Of a stretch of DNA of 32,000 nt, positions 8,026 to 19,987 are shown one piece after another. The stretch is from positions 1,260,001-1,292,000 of the forward strand of contig NZ_CP015137.1 in assembly GCF_001644705.1 (NCBI RefSeq). Direction: 5' to 3'. Made by a program: the position numbers and the translations under genes. The notes beneath the pieces are model-generated. The model worked only from the letters and a program-made list of their open reading frames with translations, was not told where the DNA came from and did no database searches. Position 1 is the first letter of the stretch. Every line of letters starts with the position of its first letter. This stretch comes from Dickeya solani IPO 2222. GTDB lineage: Bacteria > Pseudomonadota > Gammaproteobacteria > Enterobacterales > Enterobacteriaceae.

Positions 8026-9906
8026 TTACATCACCAGACGGCGAATGTCAGACAACGTGTTGTTGATGATGGTAATGAAGCGCGCACCATCAGCACCGTC
8101 AATGACACGGTGGTCGAAGGACAGAGAGATCGGCATCATCAGACGCGGAGTAAACTCTTTACCATTCCAGACCGGTTCCATGGCGGACTTAGACACACCC
8201 AGGATAGCCACTTCCGGCGCGTTAACAATCGGCGCGAAGTGAGTGGTACCGAGGCCGCCGATGCTGGAGATGGTGAAGCATCCGCCCTGCATTTCGCCTG
8301 CGGTCAACTTACCATCACGGGCTTTCTTAGAGATAATCATCAGTTCACGAGACAGCTCGACGATGCCTTTCTTGTTCACATCTTTGAACACCGGAACCAC
8401 CAGACCATTCGGGGTATCAACCGCTACACCGATGTTGATGTATTTCTTCAGCGTCAGACGTTGGGCATCTTCAGACAGCGAACTGTTGAAACGCGGCATC
8501 TGCTCAAGCGCAGCGGCAACGGCTTTCATGATGAACACAACCGGGGTGATCTTCACGTCCAGCTTGCGCTTCTCTGCTTCCACGTTCTGCTGTTTACGGA
8601 ACGCTTCCAGATCGGTGATGTCGGTTTTGTCGAAGTGCGTAACGTGCGGGATCACCACCCAGTTACGGCTCAGGTTCGCGCCAGAGATCTTCTGAATGCG
8701 GCCCAGTTCCACTTCTTCGACTTCGCCAAACTTGCTGAAGTCAACTTTCGGCCACGGCAGCAGACCCGGCAGAGAACCACCGGCAGCGCCAGCCGCCGGT
8801 GCAGACTCAGCGCGTTTCACCGCATCTTTCACGTAAGCCTGAACGTCTTCGCGCAGGATACGACCTTTACGGCCGGTACCTTTCACTTTCGCCAGGTTGA
8901 CACCAAACTCACGCGCCAGACGACGGATAACCGGGGTAGCGTGAATGTAAGCGTCGTTCTCGGTGAACTCACCCTTGCTGTCGGCTTTCGCCGCAGCCGG
9001 GGCTGCCGCAGGCGCGCTGGCGGCCGGAGCAGATGCCGCAGTTGCTGGAGCTGGAGCCGCAGCCGGTGCGGCGCCTTCCACTTCGAAGACCATGATCAGC
9101 GAGCCGGTTTTCACTTTATCGCCGGTGCTGATCTTGATCTCTTTCACGGTGCCCGCGAACGGTGCCGGAACTTCCATAGAGGCTTTATCGCCTTCTACGG
9201 TGATCAGAGATTGTTCAGCGGCAATTTTGTCGCCCACTTTGACCATGACTTCAGTGACTTCAACTTCGTCGCCACCGATATCCGGTACGTTAACCTCTTT
9301 CGGACCAGACGCCGCAGCGGCGGGTGCAGCAGCCGGTGCCGCTTGCTGGGCCGGAGCCGCAGCGCCAGCGGCGCCTGCGACTTCAAACACCATGATCAGC
9401 GAACCGGTTTTCACCTTGTCGCCAGTCTTGATGCGAATTTCTTTCACCGTACCGGCAAACGGCGCCGGCACTTCCATCGAGGCCTTGTCGCCTTCCACGG
9501 TGATCAGCGACTGTTCTGCCGTCACGGTGTCACCGACTTTTACCATCACGTCGGTCACTTCGACTTCGTCGCCGCCGATGTCCGGCACGGCGACTTCTTT
9601 GGCAGCGCTGGCGGCGGCCGGAGCCGCGGCAGGAGCTGGCGCAGCAGCAGGAGCCGGTGCGGCAACCGCCGCACCTTCAGCTTCAAAGACCATGATCAGT
9701 TTGCCGGTCGCAACCTTGTCGCCCACCGTCACTTTAATTTCTTTGATCACACCGGCTTGCGGTGAGGGCACTTCCATGGATGCCTTGTCGCCTTCAACGG
9801 TAATCAGCGACTGCTCGGCTTCCACTTTGTCACCCACTTTGACCAGCACTTCGGTGACTTCAACTTCATCTGCACCGATATCCGGTACGTTGATTTCGAT
9901 AGCCAT
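8026..9906 (-). CDS. aceF: Dihydrolipoamide acetyltransferase (E2 of pyruvate dehydrogenase), with three lipoyl domains
   Basis: It is 626 aa. The motif [14 protein letters not shown] occurs three times, separated by Ala/Pro linkers. A peripheral subunit-binding domain ([16 protein letters not shown]) and the catalytic motif DHRVIDGA are present. Confidence 0.97.
   Translation of the reverse strand: MAIEINVPDIGADEVEVTEVLVKVGDKVEAEQSLITVEGDKASMEVPSPQAGVIKEIKVTVGDKVATGKLIMVFEAEGAAVAAPAPAAAPAPAAAPAAASAAKEVAVPDIGGDEVEVTDVMVKVGDTVTAEQSLITVEGDKASMEVPAPFAGTVKEIRIKTGDKVKTGSLIMVFEVAGAAGAAAPAQQAAPAAAPAAAASGPKEVNVPDIGGDEVEVTEVMVKVGDKIAAEQSLITVEGDKASMEVPAPFAGTVKEIKISTGDKVKTGSLIMVFEVEGAAPAAAPAPATAASAPAASAPAAAPAAAKADSKGEFTENDAYIHATPVIRRLAREFGVNLAKVKGTGRKGRILREDVQAYVKDAVKRAESAPAAGAAGGSLPGLLPWPKVDFSKFGEVEEVELGRIQKISGANLSRNWVVIPHVTHFDKTDITDLEAFRKQQNVEAEKRKLDVKITPVVFIMKAVAAALEQMPRFNSSLSEDAQRLTLKKYINIGVAVDTPNGLVVPVFKDVNKKGIVELSRELMIISKKARDGKLTAGEMQGGCFTISSIGGLGTTHFAPIVNAPEVAILGVSKSAMEPVWNGKEFTPRLMMPISLSFDHRVIDGADGARFITIINNTLSDIRRLVM
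9079..9903 (-). repeat. Three tandem about 300-bp repeats encoding the lipoyl domains of AceF
   Basis: The lipoyl-lysines fall at residues 41, 141 and 241, an exact 100-aa period. DNA copies 2 and 3 are visibly similar (ccatgatcagcgaRccggttttcac...). Confidence 0.9.
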
Positions 9907-9919
9907 TACTCTTTCCCTC

Positions 9920-12583
9920 TTATGCTAAGCGCGGGTTAACTTTTTCAGGGTCGATGTTGAATTTCTTGATGGCTTCAGCCACCACAGAGGCTTCAACTTC
10001 ACCGCGTTTAGCCAATTCGCCCAGTGCGGCAACTACCACGTAGGAAGCGTCCACTTCGAAATGGTGACGCAGGTTTTCACGGCTGTCGGAACGACCGAAG
10101 CCATCGGTACCCAGTACGCGATAATCGCTGGCCGGAACGTAAGTACGTACCTGCTCGGCAAACAGTTTCATATAGTCCGTGGACGCGACCGCCGGTGCGT
10201 CGTTCATCACCTGAGCGATGTACGGTACGCGCGGCGCGTCGGTCGGGTGCAGCATGTTCCAACGTTCGCAGTCCTGACCGTCGCGGGCCAGTTCCGTGAA
10301 GGAAGTAACGCTGTACACATCGGAACCGATGCCGTAATCCTTCGCCAGAATCTGCGAGGCTTCGCGCACGTGACGCAGGATAGAACCGGAACCCAGCAAC
10401 TGAACTTTACCTTTGCTTCCCGCCACGGTTTCCAGCTTGTAGATACCTTTGCGGATGCCTTCTTCGGCGCCCTGCGGCATGGCCGGCATGTGGTAGTTTT
10501 CGTTCAGCGTGGTGATGTAGTAGTAAACGTTTTCCTGCGCATCGCCATACATGCGGACCAGACCGTCATGCATGATTACCGCAACTTCGTAAGCGAAAGC
10601 CGGGTCGTAGGAAATACAGTTCGGGATAGTCAGCGACTGAATGTGGCTGTGACCGTCTTCATGCTGCAGACCTTCACCGTTCAGCGTGGTACGACCGGAG
10701 GTACCGCCGATCAGGAAGCCACGCGCCTGTTGATCACCCGCTGCCCAGCACAGGTCGCCGATACGCTGGAACCCGAACATGGAGTAGTAAATGTAGAACG
10801 GGATCATCGGCAGGTTGTTGGTGCTGTAAGACGTTGCCGCCGCCAGCCAGGAAGCGCCTGCGCCCAGTTCGTTGATGCCTTCCTGCAGGATCTGACCTTT
10901 CAGGTCTTCCTTGTAGTAGGCAACCAGCTCACGGTCCTGCGGGGTGTACTGCTGGCCGTTCGGGCTGTAGATACCGATCTGGCGGAACAGACCTTCCATA
11001 CCGAAGGTACGCGCTTCGTCAGCGATGATCGGGACCAAACGGTCTTTGATCGACTGGTTCTTCAGCATCACGTTCAGAGCACGAACAAACGCGATAGTGG
11101 TGGAGATTTCCTTGGTCTGCTCTTCCAGCAGAGGAGCGAAGTCTTCCAGCGTCGGCAGTTCCAGTTTTTCATCAAACGTTGGCTGACGGCTCGGCAGGTA
11201 ACCACCCAGCGCCTGACGACGTTCGTGCAGGTATTTATACTCTTCGGAATCTTTATCGAAGGTAAGGAGCGGCAGTTTTTCGATGTCGGCGTCAGACACC
11301 GGCACATTGAAACGGTCGCGGAAGTAGCGCACGCCGTCCATGTTAACTTTCTTAACCTGGTGAGCAATGTTCTTGCCTTCCGCCGCATCGCCCATCCCGT
11401 AACCTTTGATGGTGTGCGCCAGAATAACGATCGGTTTGCCTTTGGTGTCCTGCGCTTTTTTCAGTGCAGCGTAGACTTTCTTCGGATCGTGGCCGCCACG
11501 GTTAAGCGCCCAAATCTGATCGTCGGTCCAGTCTGCAACCAGTGCGGCGGTTTCCGGGTATTTACCGAAGAAGTGCTCGCGCACGTAGGCACCATTTTTG
11601 GATTTGAAGGTCTGGTAGTCGCCGTCAACGGTTTCGTTCATCAGTTGGATCAGCTTACCGCTGGTGTCTTTACGCAGCAGTTCATCCCAACGGTTACCCC
11701 ACATCACCTTGATCACTTCCCAGCCAGCGCCACCAAAGATGCCTTCCAGCTCGTTGATGATCTTGCCGTTACCAGTAACCGGGCCGTCCAGACGCTGCAG
11801 GTTACAGTTAATGACAAACACCAGGTTGTCCAGCTTCTCGCGGGTCGCGATGGTGATGGCGCCTTTAGATTCCGGCTCGTCCATCTCACCGTCGCCCAGG
11901 AAAGCGTAAACGGTTTGTTTAGAGGTATCTTTCAGGCCACGATTTTCCAGATATTTCAGGAATTTAGCCTGGTAGATGGCGCCAATCGGGCCCAGCCCCA
12001 TGGAAACGGTCGGGAACTGCCAGAAGGTCGGCATCAGTTTTGGATGCGGGTAGGAAGACAGGCCCTTACCATCCACTTCCTGACGGAAGTTGTTCATCTG
12101 CTCTTCAGTCAGACGGCCTTCCACGAACGCACGCGCATAAACCCCTGGGGAAATGTGGCCCTGGAAATACACCAGATCGCCGCCATCCTGTGCGTTGCGG
12201 GCGCGGAAGAAGTGGTTAAAGCACACTTCGTAGAAGGTTGCGGCAGACTGGAATGACGCCATGTGACCGCCCAGCTCCAGATCCTTTTTAGACGCACGCA
12301 GCACTGTCATGATCGCGTTCCAACGAATGGTGGAACGAATACGGCTTTCCAGATCAAGGTTACCCGGATATGCGGGCTCATCTTCAACCGCGATGGTGTT
12401 AACGTAGTTACTGCCAGCACCGCCCGCAGCCACTTTAACACCACCTTTGCGTGCTTCGGACAGTACCTGATCAATCAGGAACTGAGCGCGCTCAACACCC
12501 TCTTCACGGATAACCGATTCGATCGCCTGCAGCCAGTCACGCGTTTCGATCGGATCCACGTCATTGTTCAAACGTTCTGACAT
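9920..12583 (-). CDS. aceE: Pyruvate dehydrogenase E1 component
   Basis: It is 887 aa, starting [39 protein letters not shown], and matches E. coli AceE throughout. RBS is aaggaatacaccATG. It lies 13 nt upstream of aceF. Confidence 0.97.
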   Translation of the reverse strand: MSERLNNDVDPIETRDWLQAIESVIREEGVERAQFLIDQVLSEARKGGVKVAAGGAGSNYVNTIAVEDEPAYPGNLDLESRIRSTIRWNAIMTVLRASKKDLELGGHMASFQSAATFYEVCFNHFFRARNAQDGGDLVYFQGHISPGVYARAFVEGRLTEEQMNNFRQEVDGKGLSSYPHPKLMPTFWQFPTVSMGLGPIGAIYQAKFLKYLENRGLKDTSKQTVYAFLGDGEMDEPESKGAITIATREKLDNLVFVINCNLQRLDGPVTGNGKIINELEGIFGGAGWEVIKVMWGNRWDELLRKDTSGKLIQLMNETVDGDYQTFKSKNGAYVREHFFGKYPETAALVADWTDDQIWALNRGGHDPKKVYAALKKAQDTKGKPIVILAHTIKGYGMGDAAEGKNIAHQVKKVNMDGVRYFRDRFNVPVSDADIEKLPLLTFDKDSEEYKYLHERRQALGGYLPSRQPTFDEKLELPTLEDFAPLLEEQTKEISTTIAFVRALNVMLKNQSIKDRLVPIIADEARTFGMEGLFRQIGIYSPNGQQYTPQDRELVAYYKEDLKGQILQEGINELGAGASWLAAATSYSTNNLPMIPFYIYYSMFGFQRIGDLCWAAGDQQARGFLIGGTSGRTTLNGEGLQHEDGHSHIQSLTIPNCISYDPAFAYEVAVIMHDGLVRMYGDAQENVYYYITTLNENYHMPAMPQGAEEGIRKGIYKLETVAGSKGKVQLLGSGSILRHVREASQILAKDYGIGSDVYSVTSFTELARDGQDCERWNMLHPTDAPRVPYIAQVMNDAPAVASTDYMKLFAEQVRTYVPASDYRVLGTDGFGRSDSRENLRHHFEVDASYVVVAALGELAKRGEVEASVVAEAIKKFNIDPEKVNPRLA

Positions 12584-12625
12584 GGTGTATTCCTTATCTG
12601 TTTCTAATCAGTGGATTTGTCTGGA

Positions 12626-12676
12626 GCCTGTCTTCCTGCACTCTGTTCCTGTCGGAGAAAGCGCAGGAAGACAGGC
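12626..12676 (-). other. Perfect 14-bp inverted repeat in the pdhR-aceE spacer
   Basis: gcctgtcttcctgc (12626-12639) pairs with gcaggaagacaggc (12663-12676) across a 23-nt loop. A second hairpin, gaccgcca-gt-tggcggtc, lies at 12699-12716 and abuts the pdhR stop. No U-tract follows either one. Confidence 0.6.
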
Positions 12677-12715
12677 CCTTCGTCTTGTTACCGCATACGA
12701 CCGCCAGTTGGCGGT

Positions 12716-13480
12716 CTAATCCTTGCGTTGCTGGAGCCGGCGCAACGAGCGTTCCCGCCGACTATGTTCCCGGTTAAGTTCCAGCAATACTTCCTCAATA
12801 AATGCCAGGTGACGATGTGATGCTTCGCGCGCCTTTTCCGGCTCACGGGCGACAATCGCCTCAAAAATCCTGGCACGATGGCTACTCACCTGCGTCAGAA
12901 CTTCACGACTCAGATAAAGCAACTCAAAATTCTGTCTGACGTTCTGTTCGAGCATCGGTCCCATACAGCGTAACAGGTGCAACAGCACTACGTTATGCGC
13001 GGCTTCGGTCACCGCCACCTGATAGTGCATGACGGCCTCGGACTCCCCTTCCAGGTCACTGGCTTCGCGCGCGGTCTCAATCTGGGCATGGCAATCGCGG
13101 ATGCGCTGCAGATCCTCTTCGGTGCCGCGTAAAGCAGCATAGTAAGCGGCGATACCTTCAAGGGCATGACGGGTTTCGAGGAGGTCGAACTGAGCTTCGG
13201 GGTGATTACTCAACAGTTCCGCCAGCGGATCGCTAACGCTCTGCCAGAGGTTATTCTGCACAAAGGTGCCGCCGCCCTGACGGCGCAACAGCAAACCTTT
13301 GGCTTCCAGCCGTTGAATCGCCTCGCGCAGCGAGGGACGGGAAACATCAAACTGTTTTGCCAGTTCGCGTTCCGGCGGCAGTTTCTCACCGGGGCGCAAG
13401 GTTCCCTCAAGGATCAGAAACTCCAGTTGCTGTTCAATCACATCTGACAGTTTGGGCTGACGGATCTTGCTGTAGGCCAT
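12716..13480 (-). CDS. pdhR: GntR-family pyruvate-sensing repressor of the pdh operon
   Basis: It is 254 aa, starting [64 protein letters not shown], and matches E. coli PdhR. It lies upstream of aceEF-lpdA. Confidence 0.95.
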   Translation of the reverse strand: MAYSKIRQPKLSDVIEQQLEFLILEGTLRPGEKLPPERELAKQFDVSRPSLREAIQRLEAKGLLLRRQGGGTFVQNNLWQSVSDPLAELLSNHPEAQFDLLETRHALEGIAAYYAALRGTEEDLQRIRDCHAQIETAREASDLEGESEAVMHYQVAVTEAAHNVVLLHLLRCMGPMLEQNVRQNFELLYLSREVLTQVSSHRARIFEAIVAREPEKAREASHRHLAFIEEVLLELNREHSRRERSLRRLQQRKD

Positions 13481-13512
13481 GTGGATTCTTCCCGGCGAAA
13501 AAGCGCGGAGTC

Positions 13513-13529
13513 AATTGGTAATACCAATT
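13513..13529. promoter_or_regulatory. PdhR operator (autoregulatory box) in the pdhR promoter or leader
   Basis: AATTGGTAATACCAATT is a perfect palindrome that fits the known PdhR box AATTGGTnnnACCAATT. It lies 33 nt upstream of the pdhR ATG. A TAAAAT -10-like hexamer (13527-13532, minus strand) overlaps it. Confidence 0.8.
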
Positions 13530-14030
13530 TTAAAAACGTGACGCACAAAGTAACAAAGTATTCACCTTCTGTCCATACGGACGTTGTGCGAAATCACCAA
13601 TCACCTCACTTTTTAACAAATGCCCATAATCTTGTGGCAAAAGCACGAATCGGTCAGTGGTATGACCATTCTTGAAACCCGGACGTTTTAACTTTTTTGA
13701 AACTCTAATCAGGCAAAGCTGAACCGTTCAACCCGCAACAATTTGCATTTTTATTCAAAATAAAAGAATTGAAATTCAAATTGATTACGACTCGCAATCA
13801 CCTTACTCAGCAATATCCCTAACATATCGCAGCGGTATGACATGGATAAGGCAACCGCGCCGGTGGTGGTCCCCGCCACGATAAAATAGCAACCCCATGA
13901 CGTACAGATGACGGCGATCATGACATCACACTTTTATGTCGTGCCTCGCAAGAAATCAGTGCAATTCTCTGCGCTTATCACTATTCTCTGACGCGCGATA
14001 GCGTTGGCGGCGATTTAGGTTTGTCAACGT

Positions 14031-14048
14031 CGTAAATATAAAATTACA
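14031..14048. promoter_or_regulatory. TyrR-box-like site upstream of aroP
   Basis: cGTAAAtataaaaTTACA matches 10/12 consensus positions of TGTAAA-N6-TTTACA. It lies about 80 nt upstream of the aroP ATG. E. coli aroP is known to be TyrR-controlled. I could not find a convincing second box. Confidence 0.4.
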
Positions 14049-14129
14049 CATACGTAAAAAGACAAACATGCCAGCCCGCGCCACACCGTCGGTGAACGGT
14101 TTGTCTTTTCATCGGCAGGGGGTAAAAGC

Positions 14130-15476
14130 ATGCAAGATCAACAAGACGGTACGCTGCAACGCGGCTTGAAAAACCGTCACATACAGTTGATTGCTCTGGG
14201 GGGTGCGGTTGGTACCGGGCTGTTTCTCGGTATCGCGCAAACGATCAAGATGGCCGGGCCATCCGTCCTGCTGGGCTATGCGATCGGCGGTCTGATCGCG
14301 TTTTTCATCATGCGCCAGTTAGGCGAAATGGTGGTGGAAGAGCCGGTTGCCGGTTCGTTCAGCCACTTTGCCTATAAATACTGGGGCAACTTTGCCGGTT
14401 TCGCCTCAGGCTGGAACTACTGGGTGCTTTACGTGCTGGTGGCGATGGCGGAGCTGAGCGCCGTCGGCATCTACGTTCAGTACTGGTGGCCGGACATTCC
14501 AACCTGGGTTTCCGCCGCAGTATTCTTTGTGCTGATTAACGCTATTAACCTCGCCAATGTGAAAATGTACGGCGAGCTGGAATTCTGGTTTGCGATTATC
14601 AAGGTCGTGGCGATTGTCGGCATGATCGCGTTCGGCGGCTGGCTGTTGCTGAGCGGTCATGGCGGGCCGGAAGCCACCGTCACCAACCTCTGGGCGCAAG
14701 GCGGTTTCTTCCCCAATGGCGTCGTCGGTCTGGTCATGGCGATGGCGGTGATCATGTTCTCTTTCGGCGGGCTGGAGCTGGTGGGGATTACCGCCGCAGA
14801 AGCGGACAAACCGGAAGAAAGCATTCCCCGCGCCACCAACCAGGTGATTTACCGCATCCTGATTTTTTATATCGGTTCGCTGACCGTTCTACTGTCGCTC
14901 TACCCGTGGGGTAAAGTGGTGGAAGGCGGCAGTCCGTTCGTGATGATTTTCCACGCGCTGAACAGTGAGCTGGTCGCCAATATCCTGAATATTGTGGTAC
15001 TGACGGCAGCGCTGTCGGTATACAACAGTTGTGTCTACTGCAACAGCCGCATGCTGTACGGCCTGGCTAAGCAGGGGAACGGCCCGCAATCGCTGCTGAA
15101 AGTAGACCGTCGCGGCGTGCCGGTGGTGGCGATTGGCATTTCTGCGCTGGCAACCGCGCTGTGTGTGCTGATCAACTATTTGCTGCCCGGCAAAGCGTTT
15201 GAACTGCTGATGGCGCTGGTGGTATCCGCGCTGGTCATCAATTGGGCGATGATCAGTCTGGCGCATCTGAAATTCCGCGCCAGTAAAGAGCGCGAAGGGG
15301 TGCAGACCCGCTTCAAAGCGCTGTGGTTCCCGTTCGGCAACTACCTGTGTCTGGCCTTTATGGCTGGCATTCTGGTTATCATGTACCTGACGCCGGGAAT
15401 TCAGATCTCCGTCTTGCTGATCCCAGTCTGGCTGGTGGTGCTGGGCATCGGTTATCGTTTCACAAAGCGTCGGTAA
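14130..15476 (+). CDS. aroP: Aromatic amino acid:H+ symporter (APC family)
   Basis: It is 448 aa. The segment LQRGLKNRHIQLIALGGAVGTGLFLG...GEMVVEEPVAGSFSHFAYKYWG...NSCVYCNSRMLYGL matches E. coli AroP. It is divergent from pdhR, as in E. coli. Confidence 0.93.
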   Translation: MQDQQDGTLQRGLKNRHIQLIALGGAVGTGLFLGIAQTIKMAGPSVLLGYAIGGLIAFFIMRQLGEMVVEEPVAGSFSHFAYKYWGNFAGFASGWNYWVLYVLVAMAELSAVGIYVQYWWPDIPTWVSAAVFFVLINAINLANVKMYGELEFWFAIIKVVAIVGMIAFGGWLLLSGHGGPEATVTNLWAQGGFFPNGVVGLVMAMAVIMFSFGGLELVGITAAEADKPEESIPRATNQVIYRILIFYIGSLTVLLSLYPWGKVVEGGSPFVMIFHALNSELVANILNIVVLTAALSVYNSCVYCNSRMLYGLAKQGNGPQSLLKVDRRGVPVVAIGISALATALCVLINYLLPGKAFELLMALVVSALVINWAMISLAHLKFRASKEREGVQTRFKALWFPFGNYLCLAFMAGILVIMYLTPGIQISVLLIPVWLVVLGIGYRFTKRR

Positions 15477-15489
15477 TCCGCATCGCTTC

Positions 15490-15521
15490 CATCATGGTCG
15501 CGTCGGCGGCCATGATGTTTT
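15490..15521 (+). terminator. Rho-independent terminator of aroP
   Basis: catcatggtcgc-gtcg-gcggccatgatg forms a 12-bp stem with 1 mismatch and a 4-nt loop, followed by tttt. It starts 14 nt after the aroP stop. Confidence 0.7.
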
Positions 15522-15552
15522 CCCCTCGCTCCTGCGTTATTCCATCCCTGTG

Positions 15553-16407
15553 TTATACCAATGTACCGTAGATAGTCAGCAACGCCACGACGACAACCAA
15601 CACCAGCGTGACCTTCTTCGCCAGCGACACCGCCGCCCTCGGTGTGGAAATCGGATCGCTATGCACCTCCCGCTCCAGAGAGAATTGCGCCAGTTGCGTC
15701 AAGACCCAGTATTGAGAAGAATGCACATCCATCATGGCGGCAAACCAAGCCGGCAGGGCCTTCTCGCCATGCCCCAGCAACGCATAAGCCGCGCCAGCCA
15801 ACCGCACCGGGATCCAGTCCAGCCAATGCAGCAAGGTATCGACACCGGAATTCGCCCGCTCCAGCGGCGTGTGATGACGAGCCAGGCAGCACTGCCGCGC
15901 GCGCAGCACCGCATAACCGACCAACGCTACCGGGCCGTAAGGGCCAGCAGCCACAAACCAGAACAGCGGCGCCAGATAAAAGCGGAAATTTAGCCACAGC
16001 AACGCGTTTTGCAATTCCCTTAGCCGTTCACGTTCGCAGGCATCCAGCGGCAGGCCGTGAATCAGCGCCAGCTCCTCGGCCATTTCCCGGCAGGCATCCA
16101 CTTCGCCACGCTGGGCAGCCTGAATATAACGATGATAGTGCTGCCGCGTTTCCCCGGCGCCGATGCACAGCAACCCAACCGCAATCCATAATAGCAACAG
16201 CGGCAAGCCAAACAGCCATCCGCTGAGCAGCCAATGTGCCGCCAGCACCATCGTCATTCCGGCGATGGCCAACAACAGGGTCTGTACCAGCGATGGCGCG
16301 GAAAGATGACGGAACACCCGTTCCAGATAGTGATCCAGTTGCCAATGGTCGCCACGTTTAAATAACCGCTCCCACCCCAGAACCAGCAATAGGCTAAACA
16401 ACGTCAT
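15553..16407 (-). CDS. ampE: AmpE inner-membrane protein (ampDE operon)
   Basis: It is 284 aa. [26 protein letters not shown]...[23 protein letters not shown]...LLTIYGTLV aligns with E. coli AmpE. It starts 6 nt after ampD. Confidence 0.93.
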   Translation of the reverse strand: MTLFSLLLVLGWERLFKRGDHWQLDHYLERVFRHLSAPSLVQTLLLAIAGMTMVLAAHWLLSGWLFGLPLLLLWIAVGLLCIGAGETRQHYHRYIQAAQRGEVDACREMAEELALIHGLPLDACERERLRELQNALLWLNFRFYLAPLFWFVAAGPYGPVALVGYAVLRARQCCLARHHTPLERANSGVDTLLHWLDWIPVRLAGAAYALLGHGEKALPAWFAAMMDVHSSQYWVLTQLAQFSLEREVHSDPISTPRAAVSLAKKVTLVLVVVVALLTIYGTLV

Positions 16408-16413
16408 CAGTGG

Positions 16414-16974
16414 TTACTCCCCTTGTTCCGGCTGTGTCTGCCATAACCGTTGGTACCGCGCCCAGTCGAACATCGGACCGGGGTCGGTCTTGCGTCCCGG
16501 CGCGATATCGCTATGTCCGGTAATACGTGCGGGCGTAATGCCATAGGCCGCGCTTAACAGACGGGTCACCTCCGCCAGCCGCGCATACTGTTCTGTGGTA
16601 AACGGCAGCGTATCAGTGCCCTCCAGTTCGATGCCGATGGCGAAATCGTTGCAGCGTTCTCGCCCTTCAAACTGTGACACCCCGGCATGCCAGGCCCGCT
16701 GGTCGAACGCCACGTACTGTACGATTTCACCATCGCGGCGGATCAGGCAGTGCGCCGACACCCGCAGGTGGCATATTGAGGCGAAATAGGGATGTTCTCC
16801 CCCATCCAGCGTACCGGTAAACAGTTGATCGATATAAGGCCCGCCGAATTCGCCCGGAGGCAGGCTGATGTTGTGAATCACCAGCAGAGAAGGCGGCTCA
16901 CCTTCCGGACGGTCGTCCTGATGCGGCGACAGAACGCGCCTGACGTCTGTCAGCCAGCCATGCTCCACTTTCAT
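16414..16974 (-). CDS. ampD: 1,6-anhydro-N-acetylmuramyl-L-alanine amidase
   Basis: MKVEHGWL...LLVIHNISLPPGEFGGPYIDQLFTG...HLRVSAHCLIRRDGEIVQYV...RAWHAGVS...CNDFAIGIELEG matches E. coli AmpD. I prefer ATG 16974 with the RBS aaggagcgttgATG over the TTG at 16977. Confidence 0.93.
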   Translation of the reverse strand: MKVEHGWLTDVRRVLSPHQDDRPEGEPPSLLVIHNISLPPGEFGGPYIDQLFTGTLDGGEHPYFASICHLRVSAHCLIRRDGEIVQYVAFDQRAWHAGVSQFEGRERCNDFAIGIELEGTDTLPFTTEQYARLAEVTRLLSAAYGITPARITGHSDIAPGRKTDPGPMFDWARYQRLWQTQPEQGE

Positions 16975-17397
16975 CAACGCTCCTTTTATCTGACATGCTA
17001 TTCAGTAAACGATCGTCACCCATCTGACCTGTTTATATCATGCTCAATCCGGACAAGGCGTTACACCGTCTAACCGACTGATCGCACTCGTCATGCCGAC
17101 TATCTTACCGCATCCACCATGTTCCTGACGTGTTAAAAAAACCATTCCGGCTTATCCGCCTGCGCCATGTAGGATACGCACACAAATCATGATGTTCTTC
17201 TCCTCTTCTGGTATGCTGCGCCCCTTCTTTCCGACAGGTACCCGACGTGCGCGCCATAACAGGCAAACGTTTTCGTCACTGCGCATCGCCGGAAAGTTTT
17301 TCAGCACTTATTCGTTATCACGGTCCGAATCGCTATCCGCTGACCAGGCGTACATGCCAGGCTGCTGACAACGGTTCTGGCAATACAGAGAATCGCC

Positions 17398-18261
17398 ATG
17401 AAGAAAATCCTTGCCGCCTGTGCAATCAGCACACTGTCATACAGTTTACCGACCCTTGCCGACGGGAATTCCCCGCAATACCTCTCCGACTGGTGGCACC
17501 AGAGCATCAATGTGGTGGGCAGCTATCACACCCGTTTCGGACCTCAGTTAAACAATGATTTGTATCTGGAATATGAAGCTTTCACTCATAAAGACTGGTT
17601 TGACTTCTATGGCTATGTCGACGTACCGAAATCCTTTGGCGTCGGCAACACGCCAGACCGCGGCATCTGGAACAAAGGCTCTCCGCTGTTCATGGAGATC
17701 GAGCCACGTTTTTCCATTGATAAACTGACCAATACCCAACTGGGCTTCGGGCCATTCAAAGAGTGGTACGTCGCCAACAACATTATTTACGATCAGGGCC
17801 AAAATAACGACTCACGCCAGAGCACCTGGTACGTAGGTCTGGGAACCGATATCGATACCGGAACCGACCTGTCGCTGTCCGCCAATATCTATGCCAAGTA
17901 TCAGGGGCAGAACTACAGCGCGCCGAATGAAGATCGCTGGGATGGCTACCGTTTCAAAATCAAATACTTCTACCCGATTACCTCATTGTGGGGCGGCAAG
18001 CTGACTTATATCGGCTTCACCAACTTCGACTTCGGCTCCGATCTGGCTAATAACGCCGGCCCGTCCCGCACCAGCAATGCGATTGCCTCCAGCCATATTC
18101 TGGCGTTGAATTATGATCACTGGCATTACTCGGTCGTCGCCCGTTACTTCCATAATGGCGGCCAGTGGGCCGATGGCACCGAGCTGAACTTCGGCCGTGG
18201 TCCGTTTAATGTCCGCTCCACTGGATGGGGCTATTATCTGGTGGCCGGTTACAACTTCTGA
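17398..18261 (+). CDS. tsx: Tsx-family nucleoside-specific outer-membrane channel
   Basis: It is 287 aa with signal peptide [21 protein letters not shown]. The body [25 protein letters not shown]...KDWFDFYGY...[18 protein letters not shown]...[11 protein letters not shown]...[20 protein letters not shown]...VAGYNF tracks E. coli Tsx. Whether this is the orthologue or a second copy is unknown. Confidence 0.9.
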   Translation: MKKILAACAISTLSYSLPTLADGNSPQYLSDWWHQSINVVGSYHTRFGPQLNNDLYLEYEAFTHKDWFDFYGYVDVPKSFGVGNTPDRGIWNKGSPLFMEIEPRFSIDKLTNTQLGFGPFKEWYVANNIIYDQGQNNDSRQSTWYVGLGTDIDTGTDLSLSANIYAKYQGQNYSAPNEDRWDGYRFKIKYFYPITSLWGGKLTYIGFTNFDFGSDLANNAGPSRTSNAIASSHILALNYDHWHYSVVARYFHNGGQWADGTELNFGRGPFNVRSTGWGYYLVAGYNF

Positions 18262-18274
18262 TCCCTGCCATTAC

Positions 18275-18298
18275 GTATCCCGGTCCTGGCCGGGATAC
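18275..18298 (+). terminator. Stem-loop after tsx (putative terminator, no U-tract)
   Basis: gtatcccgg-tcctgg-ccgggatac forms a 9-bp perfect stem 14 nt after the tsx stop. It is followed by caaaaaaacaaaaaaa rather than Ts. Confidence 0.4.
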
Positions 18299-18331
18299 CA
18301 AAAAAACAAAAAAACTGAGTCATATAGTTAA

Positions 18332-19282
<951 letters not shown>

Positions 19283-19543
19283 CTCTTTTCGTTCCATCAC
19301 AGCTCTACTCCATCAGCCCGGCGTCTCCGGGTTGGTGGTTATCCTGCTTCCTACTTTGTCTTTTCGCTAACGTCTCTTTCGCTTCACACCATCATTCTGC
19401 GAGCGCGCGCGCCTGTTTTCTGCAACCACTAATCGTTGCACTTCCGTTTTTCGTAGCGGATTCCTGATTGAAAACGCGGCCGTCGCCGGCCAGAACGCTT
19501 GTCGTTATCCTGCCGCCACCAGCCACACCAGGGAACCAATAAC

Positions 19544-19987
19544 ATGACACAACAAGGATTTTCACTTATTGAACTGATGGTGGTCATCGTCATCATCGCC
19601 ATCCTTAGCGCGCTGGGAATTCCGGCGTATCAGGGCTATCTGCAGAAAGCCGCCATGACCGACATGCTGCAAACCATGAGCGCCTATAAAACTGCCGTGG
19701 ATCTCTGCAGCCTCAGTAACGCGGGTCTGGAAGGATGCAGCGCGGGCAGCCAGGGTATCCCAACGCCAACCACGTCGCGTTATGTCAGCGCGGTCACGGT
19801 CAATCAGGGCATCATTACCCTGACCGGCCAATCGACCCTGCAAGGGCTAAGCGTCGTCATGACGCCCACGCTGGATGCTCAGAACGGCGCCTCCCGCTGG
19901 ACGAGAGCCTGCCAGAACGGCGCCAACGCAGATAGCCTGCGTCAGGCATGTGAAGACGTCTTTCGTTTTGACGCTACAGGCGGATGA
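19544..19987 (+). CDS. ppdD: Type IV (type 4a-like) major prepilin PpdD
   Basis: It has the prepilin class III signal MTQQG|FSLIELMVVIVIIAILSALGIPAYQGYLQKAAMTDMLQ. The C-terminus ...QACEDVFRFD matches E. coli PpdD. The start at 19544 replaces the ORF-track 19499. Confidence 0.9.
   Translation: MTQQGFSLIELMVVIVIIAILSALGIPAYQGYLQKAAMTDMLQTMSAYKTAVDLCSLSNAGLEGCSAGSQGIPTPTTSRYVSAVTVNQGIITLTGQSTLQGLSVVMTPTLDAQNGASRWTRACQNGANADSLRQACEDVFRFDATGG

Noticed and set aside
9000-9700. Regularly spaced repeats in aceF that could superficially resemble a repeat-spacer array
   Set aside because: The period is 300 bp and is in-frame coding sequence for the lipoyl domains and Ala/Pro linkers. It is not a CRISPR array or a VNTR.
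7927-9928. 612-aa and 321-aa plus-strand ORFs opposite aceF
   Set aside because: Their products are low-complexity and Arg/His/Phe- or Ala/Ser/Thr-rich, and their internal repeats mirror the three lipoyl domains. AceF on the other strand is unambiguous.
10061-12256. 731-aa plus-strand ORF opposite aceE
   Set aside because: It is antisense to a highly conserved, strongly codon-biased gene. It has no motifs and no RBS. Long open antisense frames are expected with this kind of codon usage.
13481-13675. 64-aa plus-strand ORF in the pdhR-aroP intergenic region
   Set aside because: It starts at a non-ATG codon directly abutting the pdhR start and has no RBS. It overlaps the PdhR operator and promoter region, so it is most likely non-coding regulatory DNA. 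The AT-rich stretch at 13680-13800 looks like promoter/UP or nucleoid-protein binding DNA, but I could not assign a specific site.
17168-17250. Small ORF (MMFFSSSGMLRPFFPTGTRRARHN) in the ampD-tsx spacer
   Set aside because: It has no RBS, is very short, and offers no conservation evidence from this window. I treat it as noise.
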